A stretch of DNA of 48,665 nt from Thomasclavelia sp. (GTDB lineage Bacteria > Bacillota_I > Bacilli_A > Erysipelotrichales > Coprobacillaceae). The first letter of the stretch is position 1. The number at the start of each line of letters is the position of its first letter. The stretch spans positions 1 to 48,665 of the forward strand of contig NZ_JAGHEW010000124.1 in NCBI RefSeq assembly GCF_017889095.1, in the 5' to 3' direction. A program made the position numbers and the translations under genes. Under the pieces are notes generated by a model. It did no database searches and was not told the origin of the DNA. It saw nothing but the letters and a program-made list of their open reading frames with translations. Below are positions 19,801 to 29,136 of this stretch, one piece after another.

Positions 19801-22046
19801 TAAAATTTATTAATATGGATAGCAATGATAGTCAACAATATATTCAACTGATCAATGATCATGAATTTCAAACTTATTTTGAATTAACAGAGTTAAGTCA
19901 ACAAAAAAATAAATATGAAATGCTTTGGGAACCTAGAGTTTTCTTGTTAGGAAATGGTGGTTCTGGAAAAACGAACTTTGCAAATGTCATGGCAGGATTG
20001 TCTTTTAATATTAATGAGTCAAAAACGATAGGTGTTACAATAAAAAATGACTTATGGAAAGATTTGCCATGGCTTGAAAAAGATGGATATAAAATAGATT
20101 ATATAAGTGTTTGGGACTTTGCCGGACAGGAAATGGATCAAATTATAAGTAACTATTTAATTCAATCAGCGTGTTTGTGTATTATTGTTTTAGATTCACG
20201 GCATGAAGATTATCCAGATCATTGGTTAAAATATATTTCAACATACGCTCCTCATGCTAAGATAATGATTGTTTTAAATAAGATTGATGATGCAAATGTG
20301 ATTAATGATAAAGATAAAAATCGGTATAGCAGATTAGATGTATCTTATTATTATAAAACATACAAGAATCTTGTTGGTATATATAATTTGTCGTGTAAGA
20401 ATGTTAATCATCCTTTGAGTCAAATAACCCTTATCAAAAAAACATTGGTTGATACTATTCAATCAATAGAGCAGAAATATCTTAGAATATGGGATATTGG
20501 AATTAACGAATTTAAACTGTATCTTCAAAAGACGGAAAATGGGTACATTGATTTTAGTACTTTTGCTAAAAAATATAAAGAATATTTACCTGATAGTAAG
20601 TTTGAAGTTAAAGAAACATTAAAATTACTTGATGAAGCTGGTATATGTATTTATAGAAAAGAAATGGGGACAACAATTATTATAAAACCAGACTGGCTTG
20701 TTTGCGCATTAAATAGACTTTTAAAATTTGAAAATTATTCTTATTATAAATGGGAATTAACTTCTGAAGAAATATATTCAGCTATAGAAAATAATCAAGA
20801 TGGTCTTTATCAGTATCAAACAGGCGAGAGTATGTATATTTTAGAAATTTTAGAGAAAATAAAAATTTGTATAAAAGATGAAGATGACCATTATATTTTC
20901 CCATGTTTTTTTGCATATTCAATAGAGGATGTGTCATATGAAACGTTTTATGATAAAGGAAATTGTTATGAATATTGTTTTGAATATACTAGTATACCTG
21001 TAGATTTATTTCCTTCACTACAAGTTGCTTTTTGGCAATATTACAAAGAATTAATAGCATTTGATGATAATAATGCCTATTTGCCTAATAAAAAACAATT
21101 ATATTTTATATTAGAAAATCATAGAATGCTCATAAAAAAAGAAGAAAATTGTATTTATTTGGCTATTGAAATGAAAAATCAAAATTTGAATAAGTCAGAA
21201 ACCGATACATTTAATTTTGCTAAGAGAAAAATTTTAGATTTGAATAAAAGATATTTTTCAAATTCGAAGCACATTAGTGAGTATGTTGTTATTCGTGGTA
21301 GAGAGCAAAATATGAATATGAAATTTATAAGGTATAAGTATTCAATAGAGAATTTAAGGAAGATATCTATTCGTGGTATTGATAGAAGATATTTTCCTGT
21401 TGTAGATGAGTTTTATGATACATCTGATCTTCTATTGAAAAGTTATACTTTAGATGAAATTAAAGCTATTTTATTAGAACAAATGTTAGTTATTTATGAG
21501 GATCAAAACAATTCTAATGATGAATTTGGTGATTCATTAAAGAAAGGAATGGCAGTTTATATACCGTATAATTCAAAATGGTATATAGTAACAACATTAA
21601 AATTGGATAGTACTAGTAAATATTATGCAGTTGATCATTTGGAAAGATCTATAGATTTGAAACTCTTATATAAAGAAAAAGTAACAATATTTGAACCAGT
21701 CAAAAAAAGGAAAATTGATATACCTTATCCTAAAATAAAAATTTCTCTTGGTGGAAATGTTAATAATAATAATTTCGTATTCTACTTTCAAAATGATAAA
21801 AATCAACCTTTTATAGAAGTGAAGTGTGAATTATCTAATGCCAGTAGAAAAGTTTTTATCTGTGATAATATTGAAAAATTGAAAAAAGAGGTAGTAGGAT
21901 CAATTATTTTTGATATTGAAGCAAGACGAGGTATTGGCATTATAAGTAGGGTTATTAAACCTAATTTGTTCGAATACATAGATATAGATGAAGTATTTAA
22001 AACATTTGAAAAGTTAAATTTATCATCTAACGATAAAAGAGGTTAA
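16887..22046 (+). CDS. Large multidomain Roc-COR (Roco) GTPase with N-terminal SpoVG-like x2, LOTUS-like, S1 x~3 and wHTH/Replic_Relax-like domains and a C-terminal trypsin-like region
   Basis: G1 GNGGSGKT (aa 1022), G2 T in SKTIGV, G3 WDFAGQ (aa 1076), G4 NKID (aa 1131), G5 SCK. COR-like LLDEAGIC..IIIKPDWL, YIFPCFF, IPVDLFPSL. Other domains by eye. Alternative start ATG 16899. Confidence 0.8.
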   Translation: MKGYMLITEIKVTIINKNNYKALVDINLNNVVCVKAIKIFEYNGQYQLSIPSTKINNKDISLVLPINKKSRKQLEKLLFQAYHISEKDTQNTSIFVLENRFRRLDFFDQEIQHFNMLKEFTDLDDKKYIIPFNSIDVSINKYDNNYCLAFVRIILDDIMAIDFLKIKKTKNNLMRVAFPVKKIGAKYKNDIFPINSKARQYLENVIFYAYNTMIENNDSKIKYSTQRITSNNYLINDIGQSQIIENIYELLKNASIYGLIPIDEVENILELNQIDWRNIFNIYRLEELVEILDFMTIKDFKINSDQNYKYVILSLKNQDNQNNELQYPFLPIGKYYYDTNEELYESAWENIQSAYQSKEAIICVVFEYNKVDECLLLFYHGILGYLPRDYLTNNQFLDIQYFIGNTIKCYVTDINKEKNVFYADRLKIERDARQFIKDNNPDVECMGVVRKIGSDKSYALVDIMEGNHAFLGFDQISFLPRTGFNIDDVLRKDQIINGYVTIQHNNNNSILFFMRIKNYILDFQKMSSELKKGQIISGLLRQDILEEDIYYLRFNNYFCVKIQYEYLVNKDDVFDVEITSIDHENEEIHGKVINKENNENLKKILKPSIPENKLGSLFEKSINAVVSPYAYRANETYIIKEMEFKIKTRYSYGVIENLIKEKIITKEHLIILQIINDLHYTTTKHLRSFNYTSEQYLHLNSDKFFNRINSLKKRQLIEIYNFKSSGDTPAYYNFYKISGLGKKVIKNIYKKTTPGNSYLIDILKAERIKGILAANQFFVSCKERISSHINYHVQCKLRILGTQIKPTSIIEFEKSIMIIESIRNCDDEKERILEKCERYDTLFNQYKMGTLIYKNQDFLKKKMYYVFIGEDFEHTKDISHFIKDFSFSKEVFYTYDLLIFMQSPEFALYRFVDNESDAVHYYSIADLVKENTECFTSTPIYHNQLIYENYTFNSFPKMYLKLLLTRYNEEKIKFINMDSNDSQQYIQLINDHEFQTYFELTELSQQKNKYEMLWEPRVFLLGNGGSGKTNFANVMAGLSFNINESKTIGVTIKNDLWKDLPWLEKDGYKIDYISVWDFAGQEMDQIISNYLIQSACLCIIVLDSRHEDYPDHWLKYISTYAPHAKIMIVLNKIDDANVINDKDKNRYSRLDVSYYYKTYKNLVGIYNLSCKNVNHPLSQITLIKKTLVDTIQSIEQKYLRIWDIGINEFKLYLQKTENGYIDFSTFAKKYKEYLPDSKFEVKETLKLLDEAGICIYRKEMGTTIIIKPDWLVCALNRLLKFENYSYYKWELTSEEIYSAIENNQDGLYQYQTGESMYILEILEKIKICIKDEDDHYIFPCFFAYSIEDVSYETFYDKGNCYEYCFEYTSIPVDLFPSLQVAFWQYYKELIAFDDNNAYLPNKKQLYFILENHRMLIKKEENCIYLAIEMKNQNLNKSETDTFNFAKRKILDLNKRYFSNSKHISEYVVIRGREQNMNMKFIRYKYSIENLRKISIRGIDRRYFPVVDEFYDTSDLLLKSYTLDEIKAILLEQMLVIYEDQNNSNDEFGDSLKKGMAVYIPYNSKWYIVTTLKLDSTSKYYAVDHLERSIDLKLLYKEKVTIFEPVKKRKIDIPYPKIKISLGGNVNNNNFVFYFQNDKNQPFIEVKCELSNASRKVFICDNIEKLKKEVVGSIIFDIEARRGIGIISRVIKPNLFEYIDIDEVFKTFEKLNLSSNDKRG

Positions 22047-22050
22047 ATGT

Positions 22051-23106
22051 ATGAATATTTTAATTATTGGTAATGGATTTGATATAGCACATAATCTACC
22101 AACAAAATATAGTGATTTTTTAAATTTTGTAAATGATTTTAAAAATAATTATTACAATATAAAAAATAATGGATATAGATCTGATATTTTTAAATTATTT
22201 ACGGATAATATTTTAGATGAATTATATAATTTAATTAAAGATAATTTATGGTTTTCTTATTTTACTGAATTAAATGTTGATAAGGGATGGGTTGATTTTG
22301 AAAATGAAATTTCGCAATCTATCCAACTTATTGACAGTTTGAGGAAACAGACAAGACATAATGATTTATATGAAGAAGTTATATCATTAGAAAACTGGCA
22401 AATAAAGAAATTAGGTGACTTATTTTATTTTGATAATAATATTATTTTGAAAAAACAATACAATGAATTTAAAATAAGACTGTTATCTGATTTAAATAAA
22501 CTAACAAGAGCACTAGAAATATATCTTTCTTTTTATGTTAATAATATAAAATGTGACAATAAATTAAATCAAATATTAGAATTAGATATAGATAAAGTAT
22601 TAAGCTTTAATTATACTAATACTTTTGAAAGATTTTATGGTGATGAAAAAGTGGAATATGATTATATTCATGGAAAAGCATCTTGTGAAAGCAGTTTAGA
22701 AAGTTGCAATTTAGTTTTAGGTATAGATGAATATCTAAGTAGTTCACAACAGGATAGTGATAATGAGTTTATAGAGTTCAAAAAATTTTTTCAAAGAATA
22801 TATAAGATGACAGGATGCGTATATATAGATTGGTTAGATCAGATAAATAGGACTAATGTTTTGTTTTATGATAAAGAAAATCTTAATGTCTATATTTATG
22901 GACACTCTTTAGATATTACTGATAAAGATATTATAAGCCAAATAATTAATTTTAGGAATGCAAAAATTACTATATTTTATCATGATAGAAAATCTTTAGG
23001 TAATCTTATCATGAATCTGGTTAAAATGATTGGAGAACACAATTTAATAAATAGGGTTCATGGGGATAATGCTTCAATTATTTTTAAATATATTACGAAT
23101 AAATAG
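22051..23106 (+). CDS. abiH: AbiH-family abortive infection protein
   Basis: ILIIGNGFDIAHNLPTKYSDF N-terminus, W.DFE, SFNYT, IHG, LVLG, YGHSL..D motifs. Starts 4 bp after the Roco stop. Confidence 0.9.
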   Translation: MNILIIGNGFDIAHNLPTKYSDFLNFVNDFKNNYYNIKNNGYRSDIFKLFTDNILDELYNLIKDNLWFSYFTELNVDKGWVDFENEISQSIQLIDSLRKQTRHNDLYEEVISLENWQIKKLGDLFYFDNNIILKKQYNEFKIRLLSDLNKLTRALEIYLSFYVNNIKCDNKLNQILELDIDKVLSFNYTNTFERFYGDEKVEYDYIHGKASCESSLESCNLVLGIDEYLSSSQQDSDNEFIEFKKFFQRIYKMTGCVYIDWLDQINRTNVLFYDKENLNVYIYGHSLDITDKDIISQIINFRNAKITIFYHDRKSLGNLIMNLVKMIGEHNLINRVHGDNASIIFKYITNK

Positions 23107-23521
23107 AAGATCTGTAAAGAATATATCTTTTCTACTAGATAAAGGAAATTGTTAATAATTAATCATCAATAAGCATTTTGGATTAGTATATACATTTTTC
23201 ATGATCAATTAAATTAATTATTTTTAGGTAAAGATTTATTTAAAGAATTTCTCTATTTTTTTAATTGAAAATTAGATATAAGATTTTATCTAAATAGTAA
23301 AGGTAATTTATTTTTAATGTAATATAAAGAATTATCGGTTAAAGGTTATTATAATGACTATTGCAATGCTAAAAATATAGGTTATAAAATAAGTATAAGA
23401 GCTTAAATATCCATGATGTTACAATAATTTAAATAAAGTCAAAAATTGATTTTTTTACAATCATCTTTGTGTTTATGATATTAACTTTTTTAATATTTAT
23501 ATATTTATCTTTTTTGAAATT

Positions 23522-23561
23522 AACAAGCACCACCTCAATGTGAAAGTGGTGCTTGTTTTTT
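23522..23561. terminator. Intrinsic terminator between convergent units (T-tail on + strand)
   Basis: 12-bp stem AACAAGCACCAC/GTGGTGCTTGTT running into a T tract. Confidence 0.85.
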
Positions 23562-23592
23562 GCTTTTTAATAATATTAATTGATTTTTATAG

Positions 23593-25035
23593 TTAATAAC
23601 ATTTTTTACATGCATCAAAGCCACGATTTTGTGCTTCGGTTATTGATACAGCAGTTGGATTTTTCATGTTGCTGCAATTAGGATTTGAATGATATTTTTT
23701 ACCATTTCCACTACTTGCAATATATACTCTAGTTTGGTTTTGTTGTTGCTGCTGTTGAGCTTGAGCTTGTCTTTGTGCCTCTTGTGCTTGTCTTTGAGCC
23801 TCTAATTCAGCCTGCCTTTGGGCTTCTTCAGCTTGACGTTTAGCTTCTTGTTCAGCAGCGATTTGAGCTTGTCTTTCAGCTTCTTCTTGTTGTTTTTTTA
23901 TTTCATCACTAGGATCTCTAGTAACTGGAGCTGATCCTTCTTTTGAAGTAGTATCAGTAAATTCATAACTGATTTTATCTTTATCAGTTGTAAAAATAAT
24001 GTTACCTTTTTTATCAGTTCTAAATACTTTTGCATCACTATCATCTAGTCGATCCAAAACTTCTTTATTAGGATGTTCGTATTTATTATTTTTCCCACAT
24101 TCAATAACTGCATATTTTAATGAGATAGAATCTAATAATTCTTCACTAGTTCCCGTTTTACTACCATGATGAGATACTTTTAAAATATCAATAGAATTTG
24201 GGATTTTATCTAAAATACTTTTTTCAACCTTTTCTGTTGCATCACCCATAAATAACATTTGATGATCACCAGAAGTTAAAAGGGCAACTAATGATAATTC
24301 ATTTCCTTCACCGGTTGCTTGAGTATTGTAGAATTTAACGTTTGTATCACCATCAAGTTCAATTGCTGTATCTTCTAACGGAACAGCCGGTGTTAATCCT
24401 TTAGATGAAAGTGAATAGATAAAATCACGATATGTTTTACTATCTGATGATCCATTAGATACATATGATTGACCAATTTCAAAATTAGTAACTGCAGCAT
24501 CAAGGCCACCACAATGATCAGCATCAGGATGCGTACTTACTAGATAATCAATTTTCCTAATTCCCAGATCATTTAAATAATTTACTATTCTTTGTTCATC
24601 ATTATTATTTCCACCATCAATCAACATATTTTTATCTCTGCTTTGGATAAAAGTACAATCAGAATTTCCAGTATCAATAAAATGAATTTTAATATTTGAA
24701 GCTTTAGCTTCAGGCTCCACTTTTTCTTCTGTTTTTTTAGTAACAGTTTGCTTATCATCATAGTTCTTTTCTATATCAGTACGTGAACTAGTAGGTGAAA
24801 GTCCTACTGCTACAAAGAATAAAATCAAACATAAAATTATTTTATATCTTTTTTTCATCGTAAGATTCCTTTTATCTAAAATGGTATTAAAATGTGAGGT
24901 TATAATCAAACCAACAATCATTATCAAGATACCTGGTAATATATATACTGTAGTTATTGCTAATCCTGATAGTATTACTAAATATCCTAAAAAATTACGA
25001 ATACCTCTTAATATCTTTTTCCCTTTTTCTCTCAT
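23593..25035 (-). CDS. Membrane-anchored ComEC/Rec2-type metallo-beta-lactamase-fold nuclease with Q/A-rich stalk and C-terminal Cys/His motif
   Basis: HFIDTGNSD, LIDGG, THPDADHCGG, MGDA, SHHGS, HP motifs; N-terminal TMs; KYHSNPNC...ACKKC. Start after GGAGGG (ORF track 25056). Confidence 0.85.
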   Translation of the reverse strand: MREKGKKILRGIRNFLGYLVILSGLAITTVYILPGILIMIVGLIITSHFNTILDKRNLTMKKRYKIILCLILFFVAVGLSPTSSRTDIEKNYDDKQTVTKKTEEKVEPEAKASNIKIHFIDTGNSDCTFIQSRDKNMLIDGGNNNDEQRIVNYLNDLGIRKIDYLVSTHPDADHCGGLDAAVTNFEIGQSYVSNGSSDSKTYRDFIYSLSSKGLTPAVPLEDTAIELDGDTNVKFYNTQATGEGNELSLVALLTSGDHQMLFMGDATEKVEKSILDKIPNSIDILKVSHHGSKTGTSEELLDSISLKYAVIECGKNNKYEHPNKEVLDRLDDSDAKVFRTDKKGNIIFTTDKDKISYEFTDTTSKEGSAPVTRDPSDEIKKQQEEAERQAQIAAEQEAKRQAEEAQRQAELEAQRQAQEAQRQAQAQQQQQQNQTRVYIASSGNGKKYHSNPNCSNMKNPTAVSITEAQNRGFDACKKCY

Positions 25036-25292
25036 TCTTTTCCCTCCAATCCCCATAATTATAACATATTATTTGAACTTTATGATACATTTGTGACTTT
25101 TCTAATTGTTTTAACATCATCATTGTAGCTTAATTTTTTATCGTTGTTGTATTTTTATTACACCTGTTTGTTTAAAGTTTTGCTTACAAAAAAGCCTTTT
25201 TATCCAAGTTGATGTTTAATATCATCAAAAAAATAACCATATTTAAATTTATTATTAATTATGTTACGATATAAATATTTGGAGGGAATAAT

Positions 25293-25784
25293 ATGTATTG
25301 TGAAAAATGTGGGCATGAATTGATTGAAAAGGAATGTGGAAATGATGGATTAGTGCCATATTGTCCTAATTGTAAAGAATTTAGATTTGTTAAGTTTAGC
25401 AGTGCGATTTCTGCTATTATTTTAAATCCAAATCGTGATAAGATTCTGTTGATCCAACAATATGGTAAAACTGATAATATTTTGATTGCTGGATATATAA
25501 ATAAAGGTGAAAATGCTAAAGAAACATTGATTCGTGAAGTTAAAGAAGAAACAGGATTAGAAGTTGTTGATTATTTATATAATGATAATGAATATTTTAA
25601 ACCAACCGATACGTTGATTCATAATTATTTAGCAATCGTAAAAAGTGAAGATTATCAGTTAACTAATGAAGTTGATTTAGCTAACTGGTATCCAATTAAT
25701 GATGCGATTAAGGCAATCAAACCTAATTCATTAGCTAAATCATTTTTATTAAAAGCAGTAGAAAAATTTAATCTAAACAAATAA
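25293..25784 (+). CDS. NUDIX hydrolase, NudC/NADH pyrophosphatase-like
   Basis: CEKCG..CPNC zinc ribbon and Nudix box AGYINKGE..REVKEETGL. Confidence 0.9.
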   Translation: MYCEKCGHELIEKECGNDGLVPYCPNCKEFRFVKFSSAISAIILNPNRDKILLIQQYGKTDNILIAGYINKGENAKETLIREVKEETGLEVVDYLYNDNEYFKPTDTLIHNYLAIVKSEDYQLTNEVDLANWYPINDAIKAIKPNSLAKSFLLKAVEKFNLNK

Positions 25785-25785
25785 A

Positions 25786-25803
25786 GCGAACTGATTAGTT
25801 CGC
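25786..25803. terminator. Hairpin between convergent nudix and bioY genes
   Basis: GCGAACT-GATT-AGTTCGC. Confidence 0.55.
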
Positions 25804-26319
25804 AATTTTTTTATCCAATTTTTTGCTTAAAACAATGGCAACAATAATCTTTAAAGTATCACCTGGTAAAAACGGAATTACGCACATAGTTAAAGCTGGT
25901 AATAAAGATGTATTGGTAACATAAATAAACCAGATAGTACCAATACCATAACATACAACCGTTCCAGCAACCATTGCAATAACTTTAAATAAAAGCGAAT
26001 TATTTTTAGTAATAATCAAACTAATTACTAAAGCCATAATTGGAAAACTATAAATATAACCACCACTTGGTCCTAATAAATTGGCAATACCACCATTAAA
26101 ACCACTAAAAACAGGTAAACCAATAGCTCCCATTAAAACATAAACCAAAGTACTAATAAACGCTAGTTTAGGTTTTAATAAAGCTCCAATTAAATAAACC
26201 CCTAATGTCTGTAAAGTGATTGGAACCAAAGTTGGTAAAGCAATTTGAACTTGTGCTAAAATTGCAATAATACAAGCAAACAAAGCACAAAGCAACATAT
26301 CTCTAACTTTTGTATTCAA
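25795..26319 (-). CDS. bioY: Biotin ECF transporter S component BioY
   Basis: VPITLQT, GAIGLPVFSG, GPSGGY, PFLPGD.LK motifs. Confidence 0.93.
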   Translation of the reverse strand: MNTKVRDMLLCALFACIIAILAQVQIALPTLVPITLQTLGVYLIGALLKPKLAFISTLVYVLMGAIGLPVFSGFNGGIANLLGPSGGYIYSFPIMALVISLIITKNNSLLFKVIAMVAGTVVCYGIGTIWFIYVTNTSLLPALTMCVIPFLPGDTLKIIVAIVLSKKLDKKIAN

Positions 26320-26441
26320 AACTCAAAACCTCCTCGACCATTTTAACAAACCTCTAATAAACTTACAAGTTTTTTAAAAATAAACAATTATCTTTTCAAA
26401 TAACTTAAATTATGCCAAAATAAATTTAGGTGGGTGATAAT

Positions 26442-26855
26442 ATGGATGAAAAATTAATAACTTTTAGTAAATTTAATAATGAAGATGCTTTAACTTTTGG
26501 TTTAAAAGTAATTGAAATCGCTAAACAAGAAAACTTAAAACCGCTTAGAATTCGTGTCATTAAAGATGATGATATTATTTTTCAATATCTAATGTCAGGT
26601 AAAACTGGTGTATTGTGGTTAGATCGTAAAGCTAATACCGTTATCAAAACTAAACATTCATCATTATTTGTTTTCAATCATCAAGAAAAGTTTAAAGAAA
26701 TTTTAAATGACGAAAATTATGCTGTTTGTGGTGGTGGTTATCCGTTAATAATTGATGATCAATTTAGAGGTGTTTTTTGTATTTCAGGGTTAGAACATGA
26801 TCAAGATCATAATTTGATTGTTAAAGTACTTAAAGAAATGCAAAAGGATATTTAA
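26442..26855 (+). CDS. Heme-binding/GlcG-like protein (UPF0303)
   Basis: F.NEDA..FG, WLDRKANTV, GGGYPL, ISGL..DQDH motifs. Confidence 0.8.
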   Translation: MDEKLITFSKFNNEDALTFGLKVIEIAKQENLKPLRIRVIKDDDIIFQYLMSGKTGVLWLDRKANTVIKTKHSSLFVFNHQEKFKEILNDENYAVCGGGYPLIIDDQFRGVFCISGLEHDQDHNLIVKVLKEMQKDI

Positions 26856-26905
26856 AAATAGCTTGATTATTATATAATAGTAGATAGAAAAAAGGAGGAA
26901 CTTAA

Positions 26906-27937
26906 ATGGCAAAGAAGCTAACTGTAGGATTTATTGGTAATGGTAAAAGTGCTAATCGTTATCATATTCCTTTCATTCAAACAAGAAAAGATAAAATAAA
27001 CATTAAAAAGATATATACACGTAATCACGCTCATGATAAGTGGGATGAAATTCCTGGTGTAATCTATTGTGAAGATCTAAATGATTTATTAACTGATCAG
27101 GATATTGATGTAATTATTATCAGTACGCCTTCTACTTATCACTATGAATACGCTAAAATGGTTTTAAATGCTGGTAAAAACTGTGTTGTTGAAAAACCAT
27201 TTGCTAGTACATATCAAGAAGCAAAAGAAATTTTTGATTTAGCTAAAGAAAAAGGTTTGATGGTACAATGTTATCAAAATCGACGCTTTGATAGTGATTT
27301 CTTAACAGTTCAAAAAGTAATTGAATCAGGTAAATTAGGAGATTTATTGGAACTAGAAATGCATTTTGATTACTACCGTCCATATATTCCTGAAAGCGCT
27401 AAAGAATTTAGTGTTATTAACTCTTATTTATATGGTCATGGCTGTCATACATTAGATCAAGTAATTAGTTATTTTGGAAAACCTGATCATGTCCACTATG
27501 ATGTAAGACAATTATTAGGTGAAGGGAGAATGAACGATTATTTTGATTTAGATTTATATTATGGAAATTTAAAAGTATCAGTAAAATCTAGTTATTTTAG
27601 AGTAAAAGAACGTCCAAGTTTTATTGTTTATGGTAAAAAAGGAATGTTTATTAAAGAAAAGAAAGATAAACAGGAAGAACATTTAAAATTATTCTATTTA
27701 CCTGAAGATCATGAAGACTTTGGTATCGATCTACCAAATGAATATGGAACGTTAATTTATTATGATGAAAATGGTAAATATCATGAAGAAAAAGTTGAAT
27801 CTATAAAAGGTGACTATGGATATTATTACGACGCTTTATATGAAACTTTAATCAATCATCAAGATGTATTAGTAACACCTGAACAAACTTTATTACAAAT
27901 CGAATTGCTTGAAAATGGAATTCAAGGATTAAAATGA
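26906..27937 (+). CDS. Gfo/Idh/MocA oxidoreductase (YhhX-like)
   Basis: GFIGNGKSANRYH, VEKPF, YQNRRFDSDFL. Confidence 0.92.
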   Translation: MAKKLTVGFIGNGKSANRYHIPFIQTRKDKINIKKIYTRNHAHDKWDEIPGVIYCEDLNDLLTDQDIDVIIISTPSTYHYEYAKMVLNAGKNCVVEKPFASTYQEAKEIFDLAKEKGLMVQCYQNRRFDSDFLTVQKVIESGKLGDLLELEMHFDYYRPYIPESAKEFSVINSYLYGHGCHTLDQVISYFGKPDHVHYDVRQLLGEGRMNDYFDLDLYYGNLKVSVKSSYFRVKERPSFIVYGKKGMFIKEKKDKQEEHLKLFYLPEDHEDFGIDLPNEYGTLIYYDENGKYHEEKVESIKGDYGYYYDALYETLINHQDVLVTPEQTLLQIELLENGIQGLK

Positions 27938-27959
27938 CAGCATAAAAAGCTGTCATTTT
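27931..27959. terminator. Bidirectional terminator
   Basis: AAAATGACAGC/GCTGTCATTTT 11-bp stem. Confidence 0.8.
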
Positions 27960-28175
27960 AATTACGAATTATCCTCAATAAAGTGCATTAAAAGATTATT
28001 ATAAGCTTAATATAATAATTAGTAACTTAATTATACATCAATAAAAGACATTCTTTATAGACTTGGTTGTGAGATTAAAACAATTAATTTGTTTAAATAC
28101 AAATTGGTATTAAATAATGGGACAATAATTTAGAAATGAAAAAACTGGTAAGAGTAATTTGAATCGTATGTGCAT

Positions 28176-28562
28176 TTAATTATTTTCAAATTCTATATTA
28201 GGAATAGTTAAAGGTGGAAGGCCTGATAATTCAATAAATTTATTTGAAGATTCTAATAATTTTTTAAGAGCAATATCAGCACAATATTTTTCAAGAGAAT
28301 TGGTTGAAATTTTTTCTTTGGGATCAATTTTTACATCAAGATACATTTCAGTAGACATGGTTAATTCGAAAGGTTCTTTTTCGCTACCAAAACAAAGATT
28401 TAATTGGATAATGATATCGCCTTTTTTAGCAAAAATTAAATTTTTTGGAATCATCGAGTTTCCAGTAATATTTAAGCTTATATTACTTTTATCAATATCC
28501 TCTAATTTGTTGATTTTAAAGTTGCATTCTTTTATTATATGTTTCTTTTGAATGTATTGCAT
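28176..28562 (-). CDS. SecB-like chaperone (putative TAC chaperone)
   Basis: 128 aa, beta-rich N-terminus, PFEL strand, C-terminal helix followed by SGLPPLTIPNI, the characteristic SecB-like ending. GGAGGA RBS. Confidence 0.75.
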   Translation of the reverse strand: MQYIQKKHIIKECNFKINKLEDIDKSNISLNITGNSMIPKNLIFAKKGDIIIQLNLCFGSEKEPFELTMSTEMYLDVKIDPKEKISTNSLEKYCADIALKKLLESSNKFIELSGLPPLTIPNIEFENN

Positions 28563-28575
28563 ATATGTCCTCCAT

Positions 28576-29136
28576 TTAATGGCATTTAAATTTTAACTTA
28601 TTAAAAATTATATTGTTTTTTGAAAATGAAACTGTTGTATTTAATGAGCTGGTAAATTGAATTATGGATTTTTGGTGAAAATACTGAATTGTTTTTGGTT
28701 CTAAATTTAATATAGTTTGTTTATAAGTTTTTTTTAAAGAATAATAATTAATTTCTTGCTCATATTCATTATCTTGACTATCCATATATTCTCCAGGAGT
28801 AGGTAATAAATGATTATCCATATTAGAAATATCTACTTTGTCTAAAAAATAATCATTACCATAATAATGAATAATAAATTTTTCATTTTCAAATTCTTCA
28901 AATGCTTTTCTAATAGTAATTTTGTTGCTCAACAAATCAATAATAATGTCACTTGAAGTTTTAGTTCCAATTAAAGTGATTTCTTTTGATAAAACTTGGC
29001 AGCATATTATTAAATAAAGATTATCTTGTGAGTCTGTACATGTAAAAAGAATAGGGTATTGTGCTTCAAATAAGATACAATCGATTGTTAATTTATCAAA
29101 TTCATTTATTTTTTTTAAAATATCATTAATGTTCAT
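28576..29136 (-). CDS. Putative antitoxin (DUF6575-like N-terminal domain plus low-complexity tail)
   Basis: ILFEAQYPILFTCTD..NLYL...LLSNKITIRKAF, LLP.PG.Y; extended aromatic/S/T/N-rich C-terminus. Overlaps the upstream gene. Confidence 0.6.
   Translation of the reverse strand: MNINDILKKINEFDKLTIDCILFEAQYPILFTCTDSQDNLYLIICCQVLSKEITLIGTKTSSDIIIDLLSNKITIRKAFEEFENEKFIIHYYGNDYFLDKVDISNMDNHLLPTPGEYMDSQDNEYEQEINYYSLKKTYKQTILNLEPKTIQYFHQKSIIQFTSSLNTTVSFSKNNIIFNKLKFKCH

Noticed and set aside
23735-23895. Repetitive TTGAGC/TTGTGC-rich stretch as a CRISPR or tandem DNA repeat
   Set aside because: It encodes the EAQRQA/Q-rich stalk of the MBL protein and has no repeat-spacer structure.
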